Origin: Candidatus Diapherotrites archaeon CG10_big_fil_rev_8_21_14_0_10_31_34
GTDB taxonomy: Archaea; Iainarchaeota; Iainarchaeia; Iainarchaeales; 1-14-0-10-31-34
Length of the DNA: 37,950 nt
Direction of reading: 5' to 3'
NCBI GenBank assembly: GCA_002763225.1
Contig: PFAI01000028.1
Span: forward strand, 1 to 37,950
The position numbers were made by a program, and so were the translations under genes. Under the pieces are notes generated by a model that was not told the DNA's origin, ran no database searches, and was given only the letters and a program-made list of their open reading frames with translations. Positions 24,569 through 32,908 of this stretch are shown here, in pieces (the stretch's first letter is position 1; each line of letters starts with the position of its first letter).

Positions 24569-25030
24569 TTAAACCATTTTGTTAATTAATTTGTTTATTT
24601 CTGTTGCCCTATAGCCTAATGCACCTCCAATAGAATAAGCTTTTTTTATTCCTGCTCTTTCATATCCTTTTTTTGGAGGTTTTAACCTGAACACAGGTTT
24701 TATTTCTAAATCTTTTAATTGAATTTCTTCTTTGATTATTTTTTCTGCTAATTCCTTAAATGAATTAATCTTTTTTTCTTTTAAGTATTCTATTAATACT
24801 TTTTTGTTCCCTTTCAAAAAAGCTCTTTTTGAGAGAACTTTTTCTAAGGTTTCAGCTTCTATTTCTCCGTAAGTTACATAGTCTTTTACTTTTTCAACCA
24901 TTTTTTTCATTTGCTTTTTTTCTGAAATCAAAACCAAATGGTTTACTCTGAATAACCTTAGCATTTTCATTGTATCGTTTATTTCGATTTTTGTTCTAAT
25001 GCTTCCTCTAACTCTTATTACTGCCAACAT
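24569..25030 (-). CDS. rpl30: ribosomal protein L30 (uL30)
   Basis: MLAVIRVRGSIRTKIEINDTMKMLRLFRVNH. Confidence 0.92.
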   Translation of the reverse strand: MLAVIRVRGSIRTKIEINDTMKMLRLFRVNHLVLISEKKQMKKMVEKVKDYVTYGEIEAETLEKVLSKRAFLKGNKKVLIEYLKEKKINSFKELAEKIIKEEIQLKDLEIKPVFRLKPPKKGYERAGIKKAYSIGGALGYRATEINKLINKMV

Positions 25031-25036
25031 TTTTTA

Positions 25037-25714
25037 TCACTTTGAAATTTTTTTCTTTATTTCTTCTGAAACTTTCATTGAAGTTGTTTGAGATAAAGCG
25101 TCAATTGTTGCTCTGATAAAATTCAGTTTGGTGTCTGTTGCGCCTCTTGTTTTACTCCAAACATCTTTTATCCCAACAAAATTAAAAACATCTTTTATGT
25201 TATTTCCTACAACTAATCCTGTTCCTTTTGGTGCAGGAAGTAAATTAATTTTAACTGCCCCGCAGCTTCCAGTTACTTTAAATGGAATTGAGTGTCCTGT
25301 TCCGCAAGTACATTCCCATGACCCGCATCCTTTTCTTACTCTTATTAAATTTAGTTTTGCTCTTCTTGTAGCTTTTCTTATTGCAGGCCATTTTTCTTTG
25401 TGTTTTCCTGTTCCAATTCCAATGAATTCATTTTTATCTCCGATAATTACTGTCGCTCTAAAAGAAAACTGTCTTCCGGCTCTTCTTACTTTAGTTGTTT
25501 TTTTAAAGTCAACCATTTTTTCTTCTAAGTCTCTGAGTAAATAATCAATTATAGCTGGTTCAATTAATGGAAGTTTTGATTCCATTGCTTCTTTCATAGT
25601 TGCTATTTCGCCGCTTTTAACTTTTTTTCCTAAAACGGTTTTTGGAATCCATTCAATTTCTTCTGGTTTCTTTTTTTCTCTTTCTCTTCTTTCTCTTTTC
25701 GGTTTTTGTGCCAT
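25037..25714 (-). CDS. rps5: ribosomal protein S5 (uS5)
   Basis: RRAGRQFSFRATVIIGDKNEFIGIGTGKHKE and the C-terminal uS5 domain. Confidence 0.94.
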   Translation of the reverse strand: MAQKPKRERREREKKKPEEIEWIPKTVLGKKVKSGEIATMKEAMESKLPLIEPAIIDYLLRDLEEKMVDFKKTTKVRRAGRQFSFRATVIIGDKNEFIGIGTGKHKEKWPAIRKATRRAKLNLIRVRKGCGSWECTCGTGHSIPFKVTGSCGAVKINLLPAPKGTGLVVGNNIKDVFNFVGIKDVWSKTRGATDTKLNFIRATIDALSQTTSMKVSEEIKKKISK

Positions 25715-26295
25715 TATCTCTCACCATACTTTTTCTTTATTTCATTTAATACTTCTTGAAAATGATTGCTTACCTTGGTTTTGTCCAGTCCTTTTTTTGC
25801 ATATTCTGCAAACTGTTTTTTGAATTTTTCTTCGTCAATCGAAGTTAAGTATTTTTCTATTTCTTTTCCGTTTATTTTTTCTTCTTTGGGTAAAGCTTTT
25901 TTGTCAAAAGGAATATTCAATTTTGCATCTACTGCTCCTTTTAGTGCTGCAAAAATAAGTGATCCATGAACAGGAGTGTTTCTTCCAATATCCAGTACTG
26001 CTTCTTTTGTTTCTTTTGCTTTTGAAACACAAAGGAATCCGGTTAAATATGCTGCCGGAAGGTTTTTTGTGTTTAGTTTCCATCCAAACTTTTTTAAATC
26101 ATTTGAGGTTGAATGAGCTAACACTTTATCTCCTTCTTTTTTGTATTCAATTAATTGTGCGGTTATTTTTTTGCTGCTTTTTCTTACAACAAGTCTTGGT
26201 TTGTTTCCTTTAAGTAAAGCAAGCCTTTTTTTGTAGTCTGTTTTTCCTTCTCTTCTTCTTCTGAATTTTACTTCGTATGTTGCGTTGTGGCTCAT
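25714..26295 (-). CDS. rpl18: ribosomal protein L18 (uL18)
   Basis: FRRRREGKTDYKKRLALLKGNKPRLVVRKSSKKITAQLI. Confidence 0.93.
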   Translation of the reverse strand: MSHNATYEVKFRRRREGKTDYKKRLALLKGNKPRLVVRKSSKKITAQLIEYKKEGDKVLAHSTSNDLKKFGWKLNTKNLPAAYLTGFLCVSKAKETKEAVLDIGRNTPVHGSLIFAALKGAVDAKLNIPFDKKALPKEEKINGKEIEKYLTSIDEEKFKKQFAEYAKKGLDKTKVSNHFQEVLNEIKKKYGER

Positions 26296-26732
26296 TTTTT
26301 ATCACCTTTTACTGCTGCTTCAACATATTTTTTTCCTTTAAAGTAGTTTCCTTTAATTCTTCTGTAAATTTTTCCGTATTCTCCTTTTTCCATTTTAACT
26401 TCTTTTTTTAATTCTTTAATTTTTTTTCTTTGGGCTCTGACTGTTTTAATCCAGCTTTTTTTCTTTCTTGTTCTTGTTTTTATTGTTCCTTTTCTTTTTC
26501 CCTGCCCTCTTTTTCTTCCTTTCTTTTTCTTTTCTTTTAACTTTCTTGCTCTTCCTTTACTTTGATAAGCATCTTTTCTTTTTTTGACTATTCCATCTTT
26601 GATTAACTGCCTTACATCTTCTTTTGTCATGCTTTCAGCTATTCTTTCTCTTTCTTTTTCTGAGAAAACAATTTTGCTTTTTCCGATGTTTAGTATTTCT
26701 GCTGCCATTCTTCTTATTTTGTTTAATTGCAT
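26292..26732 (-). CDS. rpl19e: ribosomal protein L19e (eL19)
   Basis: MQLNKIRRMAAEILNIGKSKIVF..GRKRGQGKRKG. Confidence 0.92.
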   Translation of the reverse strand: MQLNKIRRMAAEILNIGKSKIVFSEKERERIAESMTKEDVRQLIKDGIVKKRKDAYQSKGRARKLKEKKKKGRKRGQGKRKGTIKTRTRKKKSWIKTVRAQRKKIKELKKEVKMEKGEYGKIYRRIKGNYFKGKKYVEAAVKGDKK

Positions 26733-26742
26733 TTTAATACAC

Positions 26743-27393
26743 CTAATTTAATATCCTTAAATTCATTTCTTTTGCAGTTTTAAGTATTTCTTTTTTTGAT
26801 TTTTTTCCGATTGTCCTTTTCAGTCTTATAACAATGTTTTTTTCTTTTATTTTTTTTAGTTCGTTTAAATTGTTTACATATACTTCTCTTAATCCTGATG
26901 GATGCAATCCTCTTATTTCTTTTGTTGTTCTATAACCCATTTTTGGTCTTGCCCCATTGTCTTTTTTCAAATAAAAGTCAATTCCTCTTGCTTTGCTCCA
27001 TTTAGCCCATTTTTTGATTGCTTTTCTTCTTAACCATGATTTTCCGAAGTTTCCTCTTATTATTGGAACTTTTTTTTGCTTTATTTTTTCCTGTAATTTT
27101 TTTTGTTCTTCTGTTTTTTTGATTTTGTTTACTGCTTTTGGTTTCTTTTTTTCTTTTGGTTGTTGAACCTGAACTTTCTTTTTTTCAGTTTTAATATCTT
27201 TTTTTGAAACTTCGTTTCCCTCTTTTTTTTCTTCTTTTGTTTTCTTTTTCTTTTCTTCAGCTTTTTTGTCTTCTTTAGGTGTTTCTTTTTTATCTTCAAT
27301 TTTGAGTAATTCAGCTTTTTCATCAATTTTTTCTTTAGTAATTTCTTTTTTTGTTGCTTCTTCTTTTTTATTGTCTTTATTTTCTTCTGCCAT
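26743..27393 (-). CDS. rpl32e: ribosomal protein L32e (eL32) with ~100-aa Lys/Glu-rich N-terminal extension
   Basis: Core WLRRKAIKKWAKWSKARGIDFYLKK..GYRTTKEIRGLHPSG. The start overlaps the rpl6 stop (TAATG coupling). Confidence 0.9.
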   Translation of the reverse strand: MAEENKDNKKEEATKKEITKEKIDEKAELLKIEDKKETPKEDKKAEEKKKKTKEEKKEGNEVSKKDIKTEKKKVQVQQPKEKKKPKAVNKIKKTEEQKKLQEKIKQKKVPIIRGNFGKSWLRRKAIKKWAKWSKARGIDFYLKKDNGARPKMGYRTTKEIRGLHPSGLREVYVNNLNELKKIKEKNIVIRLKRTIGKKSKKEILKTAKEMNLRILN

Positions 27394-27938
27394 TACTCAT
27401 TCACCTTTTTTTCTGTTAAGTATATTCCGTCCTGGAAAACTCTTGGGTCTCTGTTTTTGATTTTTGTTGCTTTTTCCAGGTTTGCAGCTGTTTGGCCTAT
27501 TTCTTCTTTGTTTATTCCTGTTAAAGTGATTTCTTTTCCTTTTATTTCAACTTTTGTTTGACCGATTATTTTTGATTTTCTTGGTTTTTTTTCTCCAACA
27601 AAATTATTTATTTCCACAGTGTTTCCTTTTACTGTGACATTTATTGGAAAATGTGAAAATACAACACGCATTTTGTAAGTATATCCTTTGTTTGTTCCTT
27701 CAACCATATTTTTTATGTGTGCTTCAACTGTGTTAATTGTTACTTTGGCTCTTTTTGATCCTGCATGAGAAGAAACTGTTATTTTGTTTTCTTTTAATTC
27801 AATTTTCACTTTTGTGTGAGTTAAATCTCTTTCAATAACCCCTAATTTTCCAGTAATCTTTACGTTTGCTCCTGTAACTTCTGCTTTTGTTCCTTCTGGA
27901 ATTTCAATTGTTTTTGGTTGTGCTTTCATTTTTATCAC
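27393..27938 (-). CDS. rpl6: ribosomal protein L6 (uL6)
   Basis: IEIPEGTKAEVTGANVKITGKLG and two uL6 repeats. Confidence 0.93.
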   Translation of the reverse strand: MIKMKAQPKTIEIPEGTKAEVTGANVKITGKLGVIERDLTHTKVKIELKENKITVSSHAGSKRAKVTINTVEAHIKNMVEGTNKGYTYKMRVVFSHFPINVTVKGNTVEINNFVGEKKPRKSKIIGQTKVEIKGKEITLTGINKEEIGQTAANLEKATKIKNRDPRVFQDGIYLTEKKVNE

Positions 27939-27940
27939 TT

Positions 27941-27966
27941 AAACTTTTCAGAAAAATTTAATCAAA
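27941..27966 (+). repeat. AT-rich palindromic motif copy in the opposite orientation (aaacttttcagaaaaatttaatcaaa)
   Basis: The plus strand here reads like the reverse complement of the other copies. Fills the 31-nt rps8-rpl6 spacer. Confidence 0.55.
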
Positions 27967-27969
27967 TCC

Positions 27970-28363
27970 TTAATATACAAAGGCGATTAATCTTCCTCCA
28001 ACATCTTTGCTTTTTGCTTCTTTGTGGGTCATTACCCCTTTTGAAGTTGAAACTATTAATATCCCGATTTCTTTTGAAGGTAAAAATCTTTTTTCGTATT
28101 TTTCAAATTCGTGTTTCTTTACAGCATATCTTGGTTTTATTGCTTTGCATTCATTGATTTTTCCTTTTAATTCTACTTTAAACATTCCGTCTCTTCCGTC
28201 ATCAATTAATTCATATTTTTCGATAAATCCTTTTTTCATCAAAATTTTGAGTATTTCAGTGATTAATTTTGATGCAGGCTTAAATGTGCATTCTTTTTTT
28301 GATGCCATTTCATAATTTTTCAAGTTTATTAATGCATCTGCTACTGGATCTGTTAAACTCATG
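27970..28363 (-). CDS. rps8: ribosomal protein S8 (uS8)
   Basis: MSLTDPVADALINLKN. The start is moved to the ATG at 28363, because the track's GTG at 28374 lies inside the AGGTGA SD. Confidence 0.92.
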
Positions 28364-28376
28364 TTTTTATTCACCT

Positions 28377-28511
28377 TTAATTATATTTATTAAATCCTAT
28401 TTTTGTTGCTCTTTCTTTGAAGCATCTTCTGCAAATTTGCATTCCGTATTTTCTGATTACTCCTCTCCTGCTTTTGCATACTGTGCAGTTCACTTCTTTT
28501 TTGTTAATCAT
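28377..28511 (-). CDS. rps14: ribosomal protein S14 type Z (uS14), 44 aa; not in the ORF track
   Basis: Manual translation gives [44 protein letters not shown] (CxxC..CxxC). The ATGA start overlaps the rpl5 TGA stop. Confidence 0.88.
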   Translation of the reverse strand: MINKKEVNCTVCKSRRGVIRKYGMQICRRCFKERATKIGFNKYN

Positions 28512-29017
28512 TTTATTTCAACTCCAAATTCTTTTTTCACAAAGTTTATTGCTTCGTCTTTTGTTACTCTGTGTTTTATTGGAACTTTTTTTGAATTGTT
28601 TTTTCTTCTTTTAATTCTATAACCTTTTTTTTCCAAGCTCACTAAAACATTAAATCCTTTTATTCCAAGTGCTGGGTCATATTTTACTCCCGGCAAGTCA
28701 ATGTATTCTTTTATTCCAAATCCGAAGTTTCCTGTTTTGTCAAAGTTCTTGTTTAATAAAATATTTTCTTTTGCTTTAAATGCAGTTTTTAAGAATTCTT
28801 TTGCTTTTTCTTTTCTTAGTGTTACTTTTACTCCGATTGGCAGCCCTGGTCTAATCCCCCATGTCGGTTGTTTTACTTTGCTTTTTGTTTGGACTGCTTT
28901 GCTTCCAGTTATTTTTTCCAGTATCTTTTGTCCTTTTTTTAGTTCGTCTCCGGCTTCTCCGACACCCATGTTTAATACAACTTTTTCTATTTTGACTTCT
29001 TTCATTGGGTTTTCCAT
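28508..29017 (-). CDS. rpl5: ribosomal protein L5 (uL5)
   Basis: [22 protein letters not shown]. Ends with a TGA stop. Confidence 0.94.
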   Translation of the reverse strand: MENPMKEVKIEKVVLNMGVGEAGDELKKGQKILEKITGSKAVQTKSKVKQPTWGIRPGLPIGVKVTLRKEKAKEFLKTAFKAKENILLNKNFDKTGNFGFGIKEYIDLPGVKYDPALGIKGFNVLVSLEKKGYRIKRRKNNSKKVPIKHRVTKDEAINFVKKEFGVEIK

Positions 29018-29026
29018 TTTTTACAC

Positions 29027-29740
29027 CTATAATTCTATTTCTGATTTTTTTTCTCCGATAACAAATACATTTGTTTCAGTGGTTTTGAATTCTTTTTCTT
29101 TTGTTTTTAGTTTAACTGTTTTAACTCTGTTTATTGTTCCCTGAAGTATTTCTTCTATTTGTGCTTGTGTTCCTGTGTGGCTTCCCCCTGTAATATAAAC
29201 AAAATTTCCTTTTTTTTCTGGAATTTTTTCCAGTATTTTTTGGTCTGGCAAAGAAATTTTAATTGAGTCTCCTATTTTTAGTTCTGTTTCTTTTTCAATA
29301 AAAGTTCTTCCATCATTTGTATTTAATTGAATCTCTTTTTTTCCATTGACTTTTTTCCCGGTTATTTTGCATAATTTTACCGGCTTTTTTTCTTCTGTAT
29401 TTATTGTTTTAAGCCTTCCTTTCGAATCTAATACTATTCGATAATTTTCTTTTATGTCTTCGATTGAAATCAAATCAAATAAACCTATTGGAAATTTTAA
29501 TTCTTTTCTTATTTTTCCGTCTACTTTTACTTTTCCTGCGTTTAATATTTTTTTTACTTCTTTTTTGTTGGTTGCAATCTTTAAAATATCTCTGATTAAA
29601 AATCCTAATGGGATTGACTGAGTAAAATTATGAGGGCCTGACTTTAATTTTATTGTAAAAGTGTTTTCTTTTCTGTCCATTTTTCTTACTTTGTTTGTTG
29701 ACAGTCTTTTCTGCTTTTTTTTGCTTCCTTTTTTTGCCAT
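29027..29740 (-). CDS. rps4e: ribosomal protein S4e (eS4)
   Basis: GSKKKQKRLS..TIKLKSGPH and KOW/S4-like domains. Confidence 0.93.
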   Translation of the reverse strand: MAKKGSKKKQKRLSTNKVRKMDRKENTFTIKLKSGPHNFTQSIPLGFLIRDILKIATNKKEVKKILNAGKVKVDGKIRKELKFPIGLFDLISIEDIKENYRIVLDSKGRLKTINTEEKKPVKLCKITGKKVNGKKEIQLNTNDGRTFIEKETELKIGDSIKISLPDQKILEKIPEKKGNFVYITGGSHTGTQAQIEEILQGTINRVKTVKLKTKEKEFKTTETNVFVIGEKKSEIEL

Positions 29741-30235
29741 TTACTTTCCCTCTTTTATAGTTTCTTCTTCTGTTTTTTTTTCAACAGGTTTTTCTTCAAC
29801 TTTCTTTGTTTCTTTTTGAACTTCTTCTTTGTTTATTTCTTTTTTCTTTCCAGTAACTTTTGCTTCTTCTTTTTTTGATGTTGGTTTTTTTGCCCTTTTT
29901 AATCTTTTATCATCTTTTGTTTCTAATTCAATTAACATTAAATTGCTTGCCTTAAACGGAATTAATTTTTCTGTTCCGTCTGCTTTTTTTCTTGTCATTT
30001 TGTCAATAAACACTTTTGCTTTTTTGTGGTGTACTTTTACTATTCTTCCTTCTTTTTTCTTGTGGCTTCCTCTCATAATTTTTACTTTATCATCTTTTCT
30101 TACCATTAAACTTCTTTTTCCTGTTTCTTTTCTTAACTCTTTACTTAAGTTTGCAGTTAAAACAATTTTTCTTTCATGAAGTTTTCCTTTGTATAATCTT
30201 TTTCTTTGTTTTGATGGTTTTTTTGTTTTATTCAT
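29741..30235 (-). CDS. rpl24: ribosomal protein L24 (uL24) with Lys/Glu-rich C-terminal extension
   Basis: KQRKRLYKGKLHERK..VRKDDKVKIMRGSHKKKEGRIVKV (KOW). Confidence 0.93.
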   Translation of the reverse strand: MNKTKKPSKQRKRLYKGKLHERKIVLTANLSKELRKETGKRSLMVRKDDKVKIMRGSHKKKEGRIVKVHHKKAKVFIDKMTRKKADGTEKLIPFKASNLMLIELETKDDKRLKRAKKPTSKKEEAKVTGKKKEINKEEVQKETKKVEEKPVEKKTEEETIKEGK

Positions 30236-30244
30236 GTTTACACC

Positions 30245-30643
30245 TTAAACTATTCCTTGTGCTATTCCTGCCACTTTAGGCCATCTTTCTCCGACTTCTT
30301 TTGCTACTACTCCTTTGATTTCTGATGCTTTTGGTAATCCTTTATCATCAACTAATACTACTGCATTGTCTTCAAATTTTATTCTTGTTCCGTCTCTTCT
30401 TCTGTATTCTTTTTTTACTCTGATTACTACTGCTCTTTCAACTTTTTTCCTTATTTCTGGTTTTCCTTTTTTTACCACTACATTAACCATGTCTGCTATT
30501 CCAGCTTTTTGTGCCATTTTTTTTCTTGATTTAAAATGAAATACAGTAATTATTTCAACTATTTTTGCTCCACTGTTGTCTGCACAAATACATCTTGTTT
30601 TTTGTGTTAATCCTTTTGTGGCGTTTGCATTAATCGCTTTCAT
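30245..30643 (-). CDS. rpl14: ribosomal protein L14 (uL14)
   Basis: TRCICADNSGAKIVEII..IRKKVERAVVIRVKK. Confidence 0.95.
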   Translation of the reverse strand: MKAINANATKGLTQKTRCICADNSGAKIVEIITVFHFKSRKKMAQKAGIADMVNVVVKKGKPEIRKKVERAVVIRVKKEYRRRDGTRIKFEDNAVVLVDDKGLPKASEIKGVVAKEVGERWPKVAGIAQGIV

Positions 30644-30929
30644 TTGATTCTACCTCTAATACAACAAAACTTTTTGTTTTGCTTATTCTTCTTGTTTCCC
30701 CTATTTTAACTTTATTGCCTTCTTGTGCGTTAATGCATTTAGGGTTATGTGCTGTAATCTTTGATCTTATTTTTTTGTATCTTTCATATTTTGGTATTTT
30801 TTTTGTCAGTATTCTTTCAATGGTTATTGTTTTGTTTCCTTTATCGCTGATTACTTTTCCTGTGAAAACATTTCCTCTTACTTTTATGTTCCCGTGTTTT
30901 GGGCAGTTTTTATCTTTGCATTCAGTCAT
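30630..30929 (-). CDS. rps17: ribosomal protein S17 (uS17)
   Basis: CKDKNCPKHGNIKVRGNVFTGKVISDKGNKTITIE. Confidence 0.93.
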   Translation of the reverse strand: MTECKDKNCPKHGNIKVRGNVFTGKVISDKGNKTITIERILTKKIPKYERYKKIRSKITAHNPKCINAQEGNKVKIGETRRISKTKSFVVLEVESNESD

Positions 30930-31221
30930 TTTTTTTCCTCCAAAACATCTTGATTCTGTCTTCTGGTTTCATCAAAATTTTTTCTCCGTTTATTTTTGTT
31001 TTTTTCCCTTTTAATTCAAATTCTATTTCTGCTTCTTTTTTTGGAATCTTTTTTTCTCCTTTTTTTGTTTCTATTATCAGCAAATTTTTTGTTTCTTTTA
31101 TTATTTTCCCTGAAATTTTTTTTGTTTTATCATTGCTTTTTGTTATTTTCACTTTTAATCCATTTATTTCATGCATTGCAACATTTTCTTGTGTAATTGC
31201 ATATTTTTTTTCAAACATCAA
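30922..31221 (-). CDS. rnp1: RNase P protein component 1 (Rpp29/Pop4)
   Basis: GLKVKITKSNDKTKKISGKIIKETKNLLIIETKKGEKKIPK. Conserved slot between L29/SUI1 and S17. Confidence 0.85.
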   Translation of the reverse strand: MMFEKKYAITQENVAMHEINGLKVKITKSNDKTKKISGKIIKETKNLLIIETKKGEKKIPKKEAEIEFELKGKKTKINGEKILMKPEDRIKMFWRKKND

Positions 31222-31513
31222 TTAATTCCTCTTTATACCCTTGTTCCAGTAATGCTTTTTTGATGTGTTTTTTATGGTCTCCTTGAAGTTCTATTGTATT
31301 TTCTTTTACTGTTCCTCCGCACGCAAACTTTTTTTTCAGGATTTTTTCAAGGTTTTTTGCTGCTTCATGGCTTTCTAATCCCTGCATTATTGTTATCCAT
31401 TTCCTGAATTTAATTTTTTTTACAAATATTTTGATTTTTTGGCTTTCTTTTGCGATTTCCTGGCAAACGCAGAGGTTTTTAGGAAGCCCACATGTTTGAC
31501 ATACTTCATTCAT
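31211..31513 (-). CDS. sui1: translation initiation factor aIF1 (SUI1)
   Basis: CQTCGLPKNLCVCQEI N-terminus and the SUI1 domain KIKIFVKKIKFRKWITIMQGL..CGGTVKENTIELQGDH. Confidence 0.9.
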   Translation of the reverse strand: MNEVCQTCGLPKNLCVCQEIAKESQKIKIFVKKIKFRKWITIMQGLESHEAAKNLEKILKKKFACGGTVKENTIELQGDHKKHIKKALLEQGYKEELIDV

Positions 31514-32022
31514 TTTTTTTCATTTCCTCCTTTTTTTCCCTTTTTCTTTTTTGATAAAACTTTTCTCAAAATTTTCTTTTGCTTTTTTTTGCTGATTGTT
31601 CTTCCTTTTTTCTTTATGCTTTTCTTTTTGGCTTTATTTTTTTTCTTTCTTGTTCTTTTTTTTGTTTTCTTCTTTTTTGATGAAACTTTTTTCAAAAGTT
31701 TCTTTTTAATTGAAATTTTGTCTTTTTTTTCGTCTTTTGTTTTTTGTTCAACCTTTCGTTTTGATAAATCTTTTTCTAAAAGATTTAAAGGTTGTTTTGT
31801 TTCTTCTGGTTTTTCCTTGCCTGCAAGTTTCTTTTCGTTTATTATTGTTAAAGTTCTTGCAATATCTCTTCTGATTTTTTTTATTTTTCCTGGATTTTCT
31901 GCTCTTGTTCCTGAACTGATTTGTGCTTTTTCTTTTGCTAAATCCCCTTTCATTGAAATAACTTTATCTTCCAGTTCTGTTATTGGGAGTTCTCTTATTT
32001 CTTGAATTTTTTTCTTTGTCAT
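31510..32022 (-). CDS. rpl29: ribosomal protein L29 (uL29) with ~100-aa Lys-rich C-terminal extension
   Basis: The N-terminal ~65 aa (IRELPITELEDKVISMKGDLAKEKAQISSG..IRRDIARTLTII) are typical of uL29. The rest is low-complexity K-rich sequence. Confidence 0.9.
   Translation of the reverse strand: MTKKKIQEIRELPITELEDKVISMKGDLAKEKAQISSGTRAENPGKIKKIRRDIARTLTIINEKKLAGKEKPEETKQPLNLLEKDLSKRKVEQKTKDEKKDKISIKKKLLKKVSSKKKKTKKRTRKKKNKAKKKSIKKKGRTISKKKQKKILRKVLSKKKKGKKGGNEKK
31547..31575 (-). repeat. AT-rich palindromic motif copy (ttttttgataaaacttttctcaaaatttt) in the rpl29 tail
   Basis: Translated as KILRKVLSK. Lies 34-62 nt upstream of the sui1 start. Confidence 0.65.
31673..31702 (-). repeat. AT-rich palindromic motif copy (ttttttgatgaaacttttttcaaaagtttc) in the rpl29 tail
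   Basis: Translated as KLLKKVSSK. Confidence 0.7.
31758..31787 (-). repeat. AT-rich palindromic motif copy (gttttgataaatctttttctaaaagattta) in the rpl29 tail
   Basis: The arms co-vary to aatc/gatt. Translated as NLLEKDLSK. Confidence 0.65.
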
Positions 32023-32029
32023 TTAATCA

Positions 32030-32908
32030 TCACTTTTCTTTCTTTTCTTTTGATACAACTTTTTCTAAAAGTTGTTTTTCGTCTTTTTTTGTTTCTTTGC
32101 TTTTTTCTTCATCTTTTTTTTCTTTTTTGTATTCTTTTGCTTCTTCTTTTCCTTCGTCTTTCTTTTTGTGTCCTTTTTTTTCTTTTTTATCGTCTTTATC
32201 TTTTTTCTTGTGTTCTTTTTTGTTTTCTTCTTTTTCTTCGGTTTTCTCTTTTTTCTCTTCTATTCTGGTTTCTTTTTTAGTTTCTTCTTTTGGTTTTTCT
32301 TTTCTGCTTTCAATTAATTCTTTAATATCAATTTTGTCTGGGAAAACTGTGCCTGGTTTAACTATTCTTATTTTTACTCCTATTGTCCCAAATTTTGCTT
32401 TTGCAGGTGCAGCCCCGTAATCAACCATTTTTGCTTGTTCTCCGATTTTTTTCATATATCCTTCTGCTACTCTTTGTTTTCTTTTTCTTACTCCTTTTCC
32501 GCCTAGTGCTCCTGACAAAACTATTTCTACTCCTTGTGCTCCTGCTCCGGTAATATCTTTTACTGTTCTATACACTACACTTCTCCAGCTAAAACCTCTT
32601 CCAATTAAACTTGAGATTTTGTCTGCCATTGCCTGTGCATCTAATTCAGGGACAGTAATTTCTTTTATTTCTATTTGAGGGTTTTCTATCCCGAATTTTT
32701 CTTCTAATATTTTTGTCAGTTTTTTGATGTTTGTTCCGCCTTTTCCTATTGCTAGTCCTGGTCTAGTTACATTTAATACAATTCTTGTTACCAGAGGGGT
32801 TTTGACTGTTTCAAGTTTGGTAAAACCTGCTTTATCTAATTCTTTTTTTAAGTAATTTTCCATTTCAATTTTTTTTATTCCTTGTTTGATGAATATTCTT
32901 TCAATCAT
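32030..32908 (-). CDS. rps3: ribosomal protein S3 (uS3) with ~85-aa Lys/Glu-rich C-terminal extension
   Basis: KH domain (RPGLAIGKGGTNIKKL) and the uS3 C-domain (GAQGVEIVLSGALGGKG). Confidence 0.94.
   Translation of the reverse strand: MIERIFIKQGIKKIEMENYLKKELDKAGFTKLETVKTPLVTRIVLNVTRPGLAIGKGGTNIKKLTKILEEKFGIENPQIEIKEITVPELDAQAMADKISSLIGRGFSWRSVVYRTVKDITGAGAQGVEIVLSGALGGKGVRKRKQRVAEGYMKKIGEQAKMVDYGAAPAKAKFGTIGVKIRIVKPGTVFPDKIDIKELIESRKEKPKEETKKETRIEEKKEKTEEKEENKKEHKKKDKDDKKEKKGHKKKDEGKEEAKEYKKEKKDEEKSKETKKDEKQLLEKVVSKEKKEK
32047..32075 (-). repeat. AT-rich palindromic motif copy (cttttgatacaactttttctaaaagttgt) at the rps3 3' end
   Basis: Arms caac/gttg. Translated as QLLEKVVSK. Lies 25-53 nt upstream of the rpl29 start. 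Confidence 0.7.

Noticed and set aside
27129-27326. Minus-strand 65-aa ORF in an alternative frame inside the rpl32e extension
   Set aside because: It is a poly-Lys/Arg translation of A-rich low-complexity sequence, nested in a supported gene. There is no independent start signal.
28364-28374. GTG start for rps8 at 28374
   Set aside because: The GTG is part of the AGGTGA Shine-Dalgarno sequence. The ATG at 28363 gives the canonical MSLTDPVAD N-terminus.
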